From a virus, in IMG/VR virus record IMGVR_UViG_3300008459_000033, positions 5,169 through 69,168 of that record: a stretch of DNA of 64,000 nt. One strand, written 5' to 3'. Position numbers and translations under genes: made by a program. This document shows, piece after piece, positions 21,350 to 31,678 of this stretch. Numbering within the stretch: the first letter of the stretch is position 1; every line of letters starts with the position of its first letter. The notes beneath the pieces are model-generated. The model was not told where the DNA came from and searched no databases. It saw nothing but the letters and a program-made list of their open reading frames with translations.

Positions 21350-22955
21350 AAAATTAAAAATTGTTATAGTTGGTGGTGGCACAGCGGGATGGTTCTCAGC
21401 CGGATATCTTATTAAAAAAATTAAAGATTGCGAAATCACATTAATTGAATCTCCAGGAATTCCTAAGATAGGTGTAGGGGAAAGCATTACCCCGCATATT
21501 GCTAGCTTTTTTGCTGAAATGGGAATAAAGACTAAAGACTGGATGTATAATACTGGAGCAATATATAAATTTGCAAATAAGTTTGTTGGGTGGCGAGAAG
21601 GCCTCGATGCCGAAGAAGAACATTTTAGTTTTAGCTTTACTGCTGATAACAGCAGCCTATACAAAGAACCACCAGAAGTCACTGACCAAAAACTTTGGCC
21701 GGAATCGGATGTATCTAGGACCACTGACATTTTAATTAAGATGTATAATGATGGAGAGATCGATAAATTCGATCAGTATTTTAATTCACAATATCATTAT
21801 ATGAAGAAAAATGTAGCTCCGTTCAACGGAACTGAGTACATGCTAAATCCACTATGGAGTTGGAGTCAACACATAAACGCCGAAAAAGCTGGTGACTATA
21901 TTAGAGACACAGTTGCAATACCTAGCGGTGTAAAGCACATACAACAAAAAGTAACTCGAGTAGTTTATAAAGACAATACGCAAGTTGATGAATTGATATT
22001 AGAAAATAATGAAAAAATTACAGGCGACTTGTTTATAGATGCCTCTGGATTTCATCGACTAATTGTTAAACAGTTGGGCTGGAAAGAAAAGATCTACGAC
22101 TGTGCTCCTGTTCGTTCTGCCTGGGTATGTCAGTTAGACTACGAGGATCACGAAAAAGAAATGGTCAACTATACACAAAGCATCGCTAAACCGCATGGTT
22201 GGATGTTTAAAATTGGTCTATGGCATAGAATGGGCACTGGATATTGTTATGCTCCGGATTATATTAGCGACCAAGATGCATTAGATGAATATATGCAAAT
22301 GATTGACAATAGAAGAATGGAGCCTAGAAATATAAAATGGACTCCTAGTAGACTAGAAAAAATGGGGCAGGGCAACGTAGTAGCAATCGGACTAAGTGCA
22401 GGCTTTGTTGAACCAATGGAGGCCAATGCTTTATACATCATAATGAATACTATTCGTAGACTGTGTGAAGTTATATGGGATAGAAAATCAAACAATGAAT
22501 TTAATTTTGATACTTTTAACGAAAAAATTTCTTATTCTATAGATGATATAGCTGATTTTATCAAGGTTCATTATACATTAAGCTCGAGGACTGATACAAA
22601 ATTTTGGCGAGACATGCGAGAAATAGGTATTAAAGAAAAGCACGAAGAGATGTTGTTACAAAAATATAACGATCCTAGAAATTCAATGGCGTCCACTACC
22701 AAGGGTTGGTCATTGTTTCCAGATTACATGTGGGCACAACTAGCAATAGCCTGGGGAATTGACACAAAGCACTGGGTAAAAAACTTAGATAATACAACAT
22801 ACGAACTCGGAAAACTGCATTTTAAAACTTTAGAAAAAAGACATTCGATTATTAGTGATACAAAAACAAATAATTATTCTTGGTTGAAACAACACATTTA
22901 CGATTTAGATTCCGCGTCTTGGGAACATGAATTTACATCAGGGATTCATAAATGA
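21339..22955 (+). CDS. Tryptophan halogenase-family flavin-dependent enzyme
   Basis: GGGTAGW, IGVGES, FIDASGF, GWMFKI (variant of WxWxIP), GLSAGFVEPMEA. Confidence 0.88.
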   Translation: MMNKKLKIVIVGGGTAGWFSAGYLIKKIKDCEITLIESPGIPKIGVGESITPHIASFFAEMGIKTKDWMYNTGAIYKFANKFVGWREGLDAEEEHFSFSFTADNSSLYKEPPEVTDQKLWPESDVSRTTDILIKMYNDGEIDKFDQYFNSQYHYMKKNVAPFNGTEYMLNPLWSWSQHINAEKAGDYIRDTVAIPSGVKHIQQKVTRVVYKDNTQVDELILENNEKITGDLFIDASGFHRLIVKQLGWKEKIYDCAPVRSAWVCQLDYEDHEKEMVNYTQSIAKPHGWMFKIGLWHRMGTGYCYAPDYISDQDALDEYMQMIDNRRMEPRNIKWTPSRLEKMGQGNVVAIGLSAGFVEPMEANALYIIMNTIRRLCEVIWDRKSNNEFNFDTFNEKISYSIDDIADFIKVHYTLSSRTDTKFWRDMREIGIKEKHEEMLLQKYNDPRNSMASTTKGWSLFPDYMWAQLAIAWGIDTKHWVKNLDNTTYELGKLHFKTLEKRHSIISDTKTNNYSWLKQHIYDLDSASWEHEFTSGIHK

Positions 22956-23497
22956 TTGTAGATCAAAGTCAATTTAAATTTACAGATTATGTTTTGTCAT
23001 TTCAGCAAACACTGATTAGCGAGTGGCTGAATGATCAGGATGTTAGGAATTGGTCTTCAATGAATGCTATGTCAGACGATCTTGGAAAATCTAATGTTGA
23101 ACAAGGGTATACTTGGAAAACATCACCTCATAAAAACATGGGCTATAGAATATATCCCGATGCTATAAAAAGATATCCAAAGGCTTGGGAAATGGTTTCT
23201 CATTTTGGTCACATCTCTTGGTGCGCTGGATACAGTTTCTTAGATGCTAACAGCAAGATAGATACCCATCAAGATCACGATAACACAGGAAAAAATGTAA
23301 GAATTCATATTCCGTTAGTATTGCCCGATGCCGACACAGCACATCTAGGATTACGTGTTAACGGAGTTGATACAACTTGGGAAAAAGACAAATTATTAAT
23401 TTTTGACAATAGTCTTCCCCATAGTGCCTGGAATTTTACCGATAATATTCGAGTGATTTACCTCTTTGATTTGCCAAAGGATTATTGTCTATTATGA
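22952..23497 (+). CDS. Asp/Asn beta-hydroxylase
   Basis: HQD...RIHIPL...FDNSLPHSAWN...R. Confidence 0.85.
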   Translation: MIVDQSQFKFTDYVLSFQQTLISEWLNDQDVRNWSSMNAMSDDLGKSNVEQGYTWKTSPHKNMGYRIYPDAIKRYPKAWEMVSHFGHISWCAGYSFLDANSKIDTHQDHDNTGKNVRIHIPLVLPDADTAHLGLRVNGVDTTWEKDKLLIFDNSLPHSAWNFTDNIRVIYLFDLPKDYCLL

Positions 23498-23994
23498 TTA
23501 GTTATAATATAGCCATTACTGGTACAAATAATGCTCTGGGTAATATTATTAAAATGGCGTTACCGGCAAAAACCATAAAAGAATTTAACAACGTTTCTGA
23601 TATATCGAATATTATAGAAGAAACCAAAGACATAGAAATATTTGTTAACTACGAATACAATAATAATTTACAATTAGAAATTACTAAAAAGTGGTTTGAA
23701 GTACATCAAAATAAAAAACATCTTATCATAAACATACTGTGGGCTCAATCACACGCAATGGCCGATAGTGAATGGTCTAAATATTTTCAAGCAAAAAAAG
23801 ATCTAAATGAATTCAGTTGGGAAGTTAATTTAGCTGAAAAGGATTGTCTTTGTATTTTAATATCTCCCGGATTAGAAGATAACTTGATGGACAATGATGA
23901 TAGAGCAAAAAGATTTAAAGAAAGTAACTTAGATATATCAAAAGAAATTGTTGATATTATTAACTGGACAATTAAAAAATTCTATGAAGTTTAA
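23494..23994 (+). CDS. Degenerate SDR-family protein
   Basis: IAITG..ALG, IFVN, YFQAK; divergent paralog of the next gene. Confidence 0.55.
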   Translation: MISYNIAITGTNNALGNIIKMALPAKTIKEFNNVSDISNIIEETKDIEIFVNYEYNNNLQLEITKKWFEVHQNKKHLIINILWAQSHAMADSEWSKYFQAKKDLNEFSWEVNLAEKDCLCILISPGLEDNLMDNDDRAKRFKESNLDISKEIVDIINWTIKKFYEV

Positions 23995-24577
23995 AAAAAT
24001 AGCAATAACAGGTCATACCAAAGGCATTGGTAATGGATTACACACGTATTTTTCGGATCATTCCGTTGAAGTTGTCGGATTTAGCAGAACTAACAACTAC
24101 GATATCTCTAATATAGACGTTATAGATAAAATTATAGACGAAACTATGGACTGTGAAATTTTTATCAATAATGCATATTATGAAAATCACCAATCAATCA
24201 TTGCATCAAAATGGTTTGAAAAACATAAAAATCACAATCACTTGTTAGTTAATATCAGTAGTATTGCGCCGATTGCTAATCAATATATTGATAAAAAATT
24301 CGTTCATATTAAATACGGCAAGTTTAAATCTGCTCTAGATAAAGTAAGTTGGGATATAAATTTCTCTAATTGTGCAGCAAGGTGCATTAGCATCAATCCG
24401 GCACTAGTGGAAACTGATATGGCACACCCTGGATACATAGAAAAATTTAAGAAAAATGAAACTGTTATCAGTGTTAAAGAAATTAGCAATCTTACTGTTG
24501 ATTTAATAAATTTGTACTTCAACAATCGATGGTATATTCCCCAGGTGTATCTAATTAATAACGATAATTTTACTTGA
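23984..24577 (+). CDS. Short-chain dehydrogenase/reductase
   Basis: ITGHTKGIG, INNA, NISS, YGKFK, PALVET. Confidence 0.85.
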   Translation: MKFKKIAITGHTKGIGNGLHTYFSDHSVEVVGFSRTNNYDISNIDVIDKIIDETMDCEIFINNAYYENHQSIIASKWFEKHKNHNHLLVNISSIAPIANQYIDKKFVHIKYGKFKSALDKVSWDINFSNCAARCISINPALVETDMAHPGYIEKFKKNETVISVKEISNLTVDLINLYFNNRWYIPQVYLINNDNFT

Positions 24578-25199
24578 AATTAAACATGCTCAAAGTAAGA
24601 GAAAATCTTCTTTCAGCTGGATTTAAATTTTCAACACTGTGTATCTCATCAACTTTCAATTGATGCCATTTATTTTTAGGAAATACAATTGAATCCGTTT
24701 CTTGAATTCGTTCATACGGGATAAAAGTTCTTGGTGCAATTGTATAACTCTTAAATTCATCTTTTGGTTTATAGAATACCGTTCTAACTTCCTCGCCACC
24801 GGTATCTATTAGATAATTGTATGCCACATTCCTCATAAGATCGATGTGCGGAATAAAAAAATCACCCTCGACAAATTCCTGTAAACTAGCATGCCAACCA
24901 GTGACTGGAATGTTTTTTTCTAACCAAGTGTTTACAAATGCAGGCGACGGTATTATTCTAAACAAACATACGTTTGGAAACTGATTAGCAGCAACACTCG
25001 TAGGATATCCTAAAGAATTTTCAACATTGCCAGTAAGTGGATGTGTTTTTTCTATCTCTGCCCTGGCCTGAGGCATTACCATAAAGTGTTTAAAATTTTC
25101 TATTGGCACTAATAGTGGTCTACATTTTTCAAAATGTGCAGTCATGTCGTCGATCAATGACTGGGGAATCTGGGGGAAGGCTGGGTATGAGTAATACAT
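24570..25199 (-). CDS. 2OG-Fe(II) oxygenase-like protein
   Basis: PHID..R...WH...IHSV...R. Confidence 0.7.
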   Translation of the reverse strand: MYYSYPAFPQIPQSLIDDMTAHFEKCRPLLVPIENFKHFMVMPQARAEIEKTHPLTGNVENSLGYPTSVAANQFPNVCLFRIIPSPAFVNTWLEKNIPVTGWHASLQEFVEGDFFIPHIDLMRNVAYNYLIDTGGEEVRTVFYKPKDEFKSYTIAPRTFIPYERIQETDSIVFPKNKWHQLKVDEIHSVENLNPAERRFSLTLSMFNFK

Positions 25200-25265
25200 G
25201 AGTAATATTTATGACTTTTTTGTACCCGCTAAATATATGACTACTTAATTAACTATACTTATATT

Positions 25266-26756
25266 ATGCCACATGCATTAATTTTCGGAGGAGCAGTCCG
25301 TATTAACGGAGTCGGAAACACTCAATTAATACGATTGGGCGGTTCTCACAAAATCGCTACCTGGCTACGGTCACAGGACTGGGATGTTGAGGTAGTGGAT
25401 TATTTTTTCGGATGGACTTTAGAAGAATTACAAGAATTTTGTAAATTAAAAATTAATGAAGGCACTATTTTTATTGGATACAGTGCTACATTTGCAGCAG
25501 ATGACATTCGCTTAACTAATTTTATTTCTTGGTTTAGGTCTGCATATCCAGCAATAAAAATTATTGCAGGCGGTCAAGATGTTATTCTTACAAAAATCGA
25601 TGCTGACTATTATTTAGATGGTTATAGTGAGTACGCCATTGATGCTGTGATTAATCATATAAGAAAAAAAGAAAAATTAAATTACACACTTTGGAATAAT
25701 GGAAAATTAATTAAAGCTAATATAAGTTATCCTGCGTATCCAATGGCAACTTTACCGATACGATATGAAGATCGAGATTATATCAGTCCATATGAAACAC
25801 TACCAGTCGAACTAAGTCGAGGTTGTAAATTTAAATGTGCTTTCTGCAATTATCCTATTTTAGGAGTAAAAGGTGACTATTCAAGAGATGCATTAGATTT
25901 TAAAGAAGAATTAACATTTCTTTATGAAAAATTTGGAGTTACTAAATTTAATATTGCCGACGAAACCATTAATGATCGAACAGAAAAATTAGAAAAATTT
26001 GCAAATGTAGTTCAACAATTAGATTATACTCCGTGGCTCAACGGATTTATTAGATTTGATTTGTTAGTATCTAGAAGACAAGATTGGGATTTAGTTGCAG
26101 GAATGAATTTATTTGGCCATCATTATGGGATAGAAACATTAAACTGGGAATCGGGCAAGGCGGTTGGCAAAGGGATGAATCCCGATAAGATCAAAGAAGG
26201 ACTACTTGCCGTAAGAAAACACTTTAAAGAACAGGGTAACTATAGAGGACTTATTACGCTAATTGCCGGATTGCCTCATGAAACTAAAGATACCCTATCG
26301 CAGACACTGGATTGGATGGCCACGAATTGGGCGGGGGAAGGAATACGAGCATTTCCATTAGGTATACCAAAGATGGACGGAATTGTTACAACCTCTACAA
26401 TTTCTAACACATATAAAGAATTAGGATACAGTGAAATGAGTTCGGAAGAATTAGAAGTTGCTGGAATTACGCAATCGAAGTTAGGGCAATTAAATTTTGC
26501 TATAAAGGATAATATATTGTTTTGGAAAAACGAACACATGAATTTTTTTGAAGCTGAACAAATAACAAACAAGTGGCATAAAACAAACTCCGACAAGTTT
26601 CTTATCGGTGGATGGAATGTTGGAGAATTAGCGCAGATAAAAAAAGAGCCACTTGAAGAACTTTTAAAATTTGGCGGCGACGATGTTATGTCTGATGAAG
26701 AGCGTAATCCAATAATTAGAAAATATATCGATTCTAAATTAGGATATTCGAAATGA
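25266..26756 (+). CDS. B12-binding-domain radical SAM protein
   Basis: ELSRGCKFKCAFC, DET, GIET, GLPHET; N-terminal cobalamin-binding-like domain. Confidence 0.85.
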   Translation: MPHALIFGGAVRINGVGNTQLIRLGGSHKIATWLRSQDWDVEVVDYFFGWTLEELQEFCKLKINEGTIFIGYSATFAADDIRLTNFISWFRSAYPAIKIIAGGQDVILTKIDADYYLDGYSEYAIDAVINHIRKKEKLNYTLWNNGKLIKANISYPAYPMATLPIRYEDRDYISPYETLPVELSRGCKFKCAFCNYPILGVKGDYSRDALDFKEELTFLYEKFGVTKFNIADETINDRTEKLEKFANVVQQLDYTPWLNGFIRFDLLVSRRQDWDLVAGMNLFGHHYGIETLNWESGKAVGKGMNPDKIKEGLLAVRKHFKEQGNYRGLITLIAGLPHETKDTLSQTLDWMATNWAGEGIRAFPLGIPKMDGIVTTSTISNTYKELGYSEMSSEELEVAGITQSKLGQLNFAIKDNILFWKNEHMNFFEAEQITNKWHKTNSDKFLIGGWNVGELAQIKKEPLEELLKFGGDDVMSDEERNPIIRKYIDSKLGYSK

Positions 26757-28237
26757 AACATGCGTTAATTTTTAACATACACACAATCAATATTAGACGC
26801 CCCGGTGGCGCATATCGTATTGCTTCTTTTTTAAGAGAACACGGTTGGGATATCGAAGTAATAGAATGGACCATGCACTGGACCCAGGAAGAACTACAAG
26901 AATTATGCAGATCTAGGATTACAGATAACACGGTGTTTGTAGGATATAGTTGTTTCTTTAGTGAATGGAATACTCATGTCGAGGACCTAGCACAGTTTAT
27001 AAGAAAAGACTATCCGGAAGTCAAACAAATAACCGGAAGTCAAAGCAAACCTAGAATGGAATCAACTGCTGTGGATTATTATCTCACTGGCTTTGGTGAG
27101 TATGCTATATTAGAATTGTTAAAATATATTACTGGCAACGGCCCTGCTCCTAGTTTTGATCCTAAATATTTTGGATCTAAAAAAGTAATTACAGCTAATC
27201 ATTTTTATCCAGCATTTCCTATGAAGAGTTTAATGGTAAAGTATGAAGACCGAGATTTTTTAGAACCAACAGATTGGTTAACTATGGAATTTAGTCGAGG
27301 TTGTAAATTTAAATGTTTGTATTGCAATTTCCCGGTGCTAGGTGTTAAGGGCGATTACACCAGAGATGCAGATGATTATTATGTTCAAATGATGGATGCA
27401 TATGATCGCTTTGGCATTACTAACTACTATGCCAGTGATGAAACATTCAATGACCGATCAGAAAAAATAACAAAGTTTGCAGATGTTACTAGAAAGATGC
27501 CATTCAAACCCTGGTTCAGTGGATTTATACGAGGCGATTTGTTAGTATCAAGAAAACAGGATTGGGAGCCATTAGCAGAACTAGGATTCCTAGGGCAGTT
27601 CTATGGTATAGAAAGTATGAATCATGAGACTGCAAAAGCCATCGGAAAGGGAATGCATCCAGATAAACTGTTGCCGGGTTTGTTAGAAGCAAGAAATTAT
27701 TTTAAAACACACCATAGAAAATTATATAGAGGTGTGATTGCACTGATGGTTGGGCTACCTTATGAATCTAAAGACTCCGTTAATAAGTCTCTGGACTGGT
27801 TAGTTAATAATTGGCAAGGTGAAGCCTTCGAACTATGGCCTTTAGAAATTCCCATAGACTATAAAACCGATGTGCTGTCGACGCTGTCAGTTAATTGGGA
27901 AAAATACGGGTATCGAGAAATAAAGTTTGACAATTTGCCTAAATTAAAAAATAGATTTGCTGAAGTAAAACACGGAATTTCTAATCTACATTGGGAAAAT
28001 GATTATATGAACTTTGACGAGGCTCGACATATTTCTGACAATTTTAGATCCAAGGCTAACAAAGAATATAAATTTACAATTAATTCATATGGATTAGATA
28101 ATTTTATTCAATTAGGTATGACTATAGATGAAGCATTGGAGTATAGAGAAGAACCATCAACTCCCCATTATGCTAATTTACAAAAAATAATGGATGAACG
28201 AATTAATGATTACAAACATAAGAAGTTAAGTATATGA
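26753..28237 (+). CDS. B12-binding-domain radical SAM protein (tandem paralog)
   Basis: EFSRGCKFKCLYC, DETF, GIES, GLPYES. Confidence 0.85.
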   Translation: MKHALIFNIHTINIRRPGGAYRIASFLREHGWDIEVIEWTMHWTQEELQELCRSRITDNTVFVGYSCFFSEWNTHVEDLAQFIRKDYPEVKQITGSQSKPRMESTAVDYYLTGFGEYAILELLKYITGNGPAPSFDPKYFGSKKVITANHFYPAFPMKSLMVKYEDRDFLEPTDWLTMEFSRGCKFKCLYCNFPVLGVKGDYTRDADDYYVQMMDAYDRFGITNYYASDETFNDRSEKITKFADVTRKMPFKPWFSGFIRGDLLVSRKQDWEPLAELGFLGQFYGIESMNHETAKAIGKGMHPDKLLPGLLEARNYFKTHHRKLYRGVIALMVGLPYESKDSVNKSLDWLVNNWQGEAFELWPLEIPIDYKTDVLSTLSVNWEKYGYREIKFDNLPKLKNRFAEVKHGISNLHWENDYMNFDEARHISDNFRSKANKEYKFTINSYGLDNFIQLGMTIDEALEYREEPSTPHYANLQKIMDERINDYKHKKLSI

Positions 28238-28860
28238 AATATGCAGTGCTTACTGATTTTCAAATGCTAACTCCGGAAATTAGTAACGGAATAATTGAGC
28301 TAGCATCCGACGTTGAACATTTAAAAAAGAATGTGTTCATATCCAACGGATACGCTATTAGACAATCCGCAAGCAAAGAAGAAAAATTATTGGGCGAGTA
28401 TAGAACATATCAAGATGAGAGACTAAATGGCGGAGATGGATATTTTGCTGTGGCAAATCTTACAAAAGATCTAGAACAATTAATCATAAAACAGATTCCT
28501 AAATGCTTGCAACACCTCGGGATACCTAGAATTAGATTTCAAGTTTTAAAAGATTTTATATTATTTCCGCATATCGACCAAGGAAGAAAAACTTCGCTAT
28601 TTACTATGGTAACTGATAATCGAGGAATTGACTGTGTATTTTGGGAAAAAACAAAAGAGCATGAGCTCTTTGAAAATCATCTACCGGATCCCAGTCTTAT
28701 AAAACAAAAATTAAATTTTAGTGTTAATCAAGGAGAGACATGTTTGTTCGATCACGATTGCATTCATGGTACATTAACAAAATCTAGTCAACCTCGCATA
28801 ACTCTCAACTTGAGTTATCAACTTACTATCCCCGAAATGCTTAAAGAGATTTACAAATGA
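28234..28860 (+). CDS. 2OG-Fe(II) oxygenase-like protein
   Basis: PHIDQGR...FDH..IHG...RITL. Confidence 0.7.
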   Translation: MKYAVLTDFQMLTPEISNGIIELASDVEHLKKNVFISNGYAIRQSASKEEKLLGEYRTYQDERLNGGDGYFAVANLTKDLEQLIIKQIPKCLQHLGIPRIRFQVLKDFILFPHIDQGRKTSLFTMVTDNRGIDCVFWEKTKEHELFENHLPDPSLIKQKLNFSVNQGETCLFDHDCIHGTLTKSSQPRITLNLSYQLTIPEMLKEIYK

Positions 28861-30062
28861 ACATTACTATCAAGAATATCAATCAATTTAAAGATCAGCA
28901 TATAGAACAATTGTTAGATTCAATTAGAATGATTGGAGGAACGCTGTTGTCGCCAACGGTGAGCCTGTGTCATTGTTGCTATCGACACATACCGGGATGG
29001 AGATATCATCAAGATAATAAAGTATATCTAGCAAAAAATTGTTCGTTGCACGGAATTACGCATCATATGATAGAAAGTGATTACGAATTTTATTCAAATC
29101 TTTTCTATACTCAAGAAACTAAGAAGTATAATTTTAATTCATCACTGCTAATGGAAGGCAGTGATCGTTGTAATCTAGAATGTCCGCATTGTTATCATTT
29201 GCCCGATAATCAAATAACAGATATTCCTAAAGATCAGTTTTTAGCTAGGATCAAAGAACATCCAATTGGAGAAGATGAAATACAACGGATAGTTTTGTCT
29301 GGTGCGGAATCAACATTGCGACCAGATTTTTGCGAATTAGTAGCTGATATTAGATCAATGAATCTGTATCCTATAGTTATGACCAACGGTATACGATTTG
29401 GCGATGTGCAGTTTTCTAGAGAAGCAGCAGCGGCTGGCCTAATTGGAGCAAACATTGGATTAAACCATCCCGAATACAATAACTACGAAGTAGTTCGTAA
29501 AAAACAAATTAGAGCAATAGAAACAATGCATCAAGAAAATGTTGCTGTGGGATATATTTCTTATACTATGATCGATCTCAATGAATTAGATTATATTTTA
29601 AAAGAAATAACATCGAGTACATGGACTCCTAATACATTTAGAGTAAGAGCTGGCAGCGAAATTGGTCGTAATTCAACGGAAGGTAGAGTATATTTGAGTG
29701 ATATATTTAAGACTGCTAGAAAATGGGCTGAGGATAATAATAAATCATTTAAAGTAATAGGTGAAGCAGACGACAACATCTATCATATTATGGTAGATAT
29801 AGAAGGAAAAGAAATAAGATTAATTCAGTGGTGTGATATTACAGATATCGACATGGAAGAATTAAGAGCAGGGCCGTGGTGCGATTTTGTTCCGGACGGT
29901 ATAACAAATTTCCTACATCAAATTATTCGTCGAGATATTTTAAAGAATCAAAATAAAATATTACCCGATGTTCCGCCTTCGCGATATATGTATAACAGAA
30001 ATATAACTAAAGAGCCATTGGATTTTTCAAAATTATATGCCGACGTACACACAAGAAAATAA
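28857..30062 (+). CDS. Radical SAM protein with N-terminal Tes/MJ0619-like metal-binding domain
   Basis: TVSLCHCCYRHIP...VYLAKNCSLHG, then RCNLECPHC, GAESTLR, TNG. Confidence 0.8.
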   Translation: MNITIKNINQFKDQHIEQLLDSIRMIGGTLLSPTVSLCHCCYRHIPGWRYHQDNKVYLAKNCSLHGITHHMIESDYEFYSNLFYTQETKKYNFNSSLLMEGSDRCNLECPHCYHLPDNQITDIPKDQFLARIKEHPIGEDEIQRIVLSGAESTLRPDFCELVADIRSMNLYPIVMTNGIRFGDVQFSREAAAAGLIGANIGLNHPEYNNYEVVRKKQIRAIETMHQENVAVGYISYTMIDLNELDYILKEITSSTWTPNTFRVRAGSEIGRNSTEGRVYLSDIFKTARKWAEDNNKSFKVIGEADDNIYHIMVDIEGKEIRLIQWCDITDIDMEELRAGPWCDFVPDGITNFLHQIIRRDILKNQNKILPDVPPSRYMYNRNITKEPLDFSKLYADVHTRK

Positions 30063-30714
30063 AAAATTAATTTACACACCGATTGATATTCCTATAATCT
30101 TACCAGACGTGGAAGACATGAAGGATTTTCATTTTACCCACGGCGTTATAAACAAAGACTACGAAGATATTATACAAAATAGACACGACTATACTGTAGC
30201 GTGTAGTCGATATTCAGTAGAAGATTGGAGAATTTTACCTACTGCAAAGTATATGGACAAGGGAGATTGGAAGAAAACTGGTAATGAATATGAGTTAAAC
30301 TGGAATCCAGAGTTTGTAAAAAGATTTCCAACGCTAGTAGATGCTATTTTGGCAGCTCCATTTAAAGAAATCGCATTCGCAGGGTGGATGAGACAGATCA
30401 GTTCGTACCCTGCACACACTGATAGTCATGATCCAATGCAACCAATAGAGCCTAGACGATACAATATTCTATTAACAGAACCGGAACATAACACTTTTTG
30501 GTTAGAAGATGATGCTGGCCAAACACTTATTCCTGTTAGTCATAGAGACTATCCAATGTTTGCATTTAATAACGCTGATGTAAAACACGGAACTAACCCA
30601 ATTACTAAATTTAAACTAATGATGGGCATTGTTGGAATCATTGATCCTGACAAACATCTAGAATTAATCAATAGAAGCGTTAATAAATTTCCTAATAGTA
30701 CTATTTGGATTTAG
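30037..30714 (+). CDS. 2OG-Fe(II) oxygenase-like protein
   Basis: PAHTD..EPRRY..FNN..KHG; paralog of 7730. Confidence 0.7.
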   Translation: MPTYTQENKKLIYTPIDIPIILPDVEDMKDFHFTHGVINKDYEDIIQNRHDYTVACSRYSVEDWRILPTAKYMDKGDWKKTGNEYELNWNPEFVKRFPTLVDAILAAPFKEIAFAGWMRQISSYPAHTDSHDPMQPIEPRRYNILLTEPEHNTFWLEDDAGQTLIPVSHRDYPMFAFNNADVKHGTNPITKFKLMMGIVGIIDPDKHLELINRSVNKFPNSTIWI

Positions 30715-31678
30715 GAATCTTACTATCAGCTGAACTCACGCAGCTAGGCGTAATGCACTGCTGTGGTGTCTTAAACAAGTCAAAGCTTTCTAGAGTACCT
30801 AGTGCAGTATCGTGGCAACTGTAGCTACGTTTTACTTCATTACCCCTAATAATAACGCTTTGATAGCCTGCATTACAGATCCAATCTTTGAATTTGTTAA
30901 ATCCAAAGGCATTAAATCGTTCTGCTTGATCAAACAAGTATTCGATACCTGCTGCATCGTACAAGGCGATCTGATATAACTCTTCTCCGTTGGCACGTTG
31001 AGGAAATCCAGTCTGCATTTTGTTGATCATATCCTCGGTGTATCCGTCAACGATGCCGCTGGCAGTTGGATCGCTCATGGGTTTGAGTGTTACGTTGATT
31101 CCACGTTTGTGAAATCGCTCCATGCGAGCATATAGTTCGTCAAACTTTTCGGGCACCATTACTTGATTGATGGTAACGTGTACTAGTTCGTACATCAACT
31201 GTAAACACTTATCGCCAAACTCTTGTTCTTTAGCGAACTCATCATGGAAGCTGGCTGTTATACTTCTACGCTGTAACAACTCTGTGTTCTTACACCAAGT
31301 GTTCCACCACTTGCTTCCTGGACTTAGGTTAGTGGTCATGTGTATACTTTGGTATGAACTTTCTAAATCATCTTGTAGATGCTTGACAAGTTCATTCAAT
31401 TGCTTGTATGCTGTGGGCTCACCTCCGCTGAACGACCAATGGAACTGGTTAAACCCATTGACTCGTGCTTGACGTTTAATCTCGTCTACAGTAGATTTAT
31501 ATACTTCAAGCGGTTGGTGATCCGGAGTACTACTATTTGCGTAAGGCCAACAGTAGCTACACTTGTAATTACAAAACCTACCCAAGATCCAGCTAGTGGA
31601 GAACAACGTGTTAGCGAGCATTGTTCGTTGACCGAACTTTACTATTTGCTCAAAAGGTATTGTTTGAAATTGTGTCAT
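30701..31678 (-). CDS. Radical SAM protein
   Basis: CNYKCSYC, SGGEPT, TTN, CNAG...C...C.SSAD. Confidence 0.9.
   Translation of the reverse strand: MTQFQTIPFEQIVKFGQRTMLANTLFSTSWILGRFCNYKCSYCWPYANSSTPDHQPLEVYKSTVDEIKRQARVNGFNQFHWSFSGGEPTAYKQLNELVKHLQDDLESSYQSIHMTTNLSPGSKWWNTWCKNTELLQRRSITASFHDEFAKEQEFGDKCLQLMYELVHVTINQVMVPEKFDELYARMERFHKRGINVTLKPMSDPTASGIVDGYTEDMINKMQTGFPQRANGEELYQIALYDAAGIEYLFDQAERFNAFGFNKFKDWICNAGYQSVIIRGNEVKRSYSCHDTALGTLESFDLFKTPQQCITPSCVSSADSKIPKSK

Noticed and set aside
2237-31678. Cellular biosynthetic cluster mis-assembled into the contig
   Set aside because: Not favoured: it shares the TAAATA motif and tight overlaps with flanking phage genes and has no regulators or transporters. 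Read mapping would be needed to exclude it.
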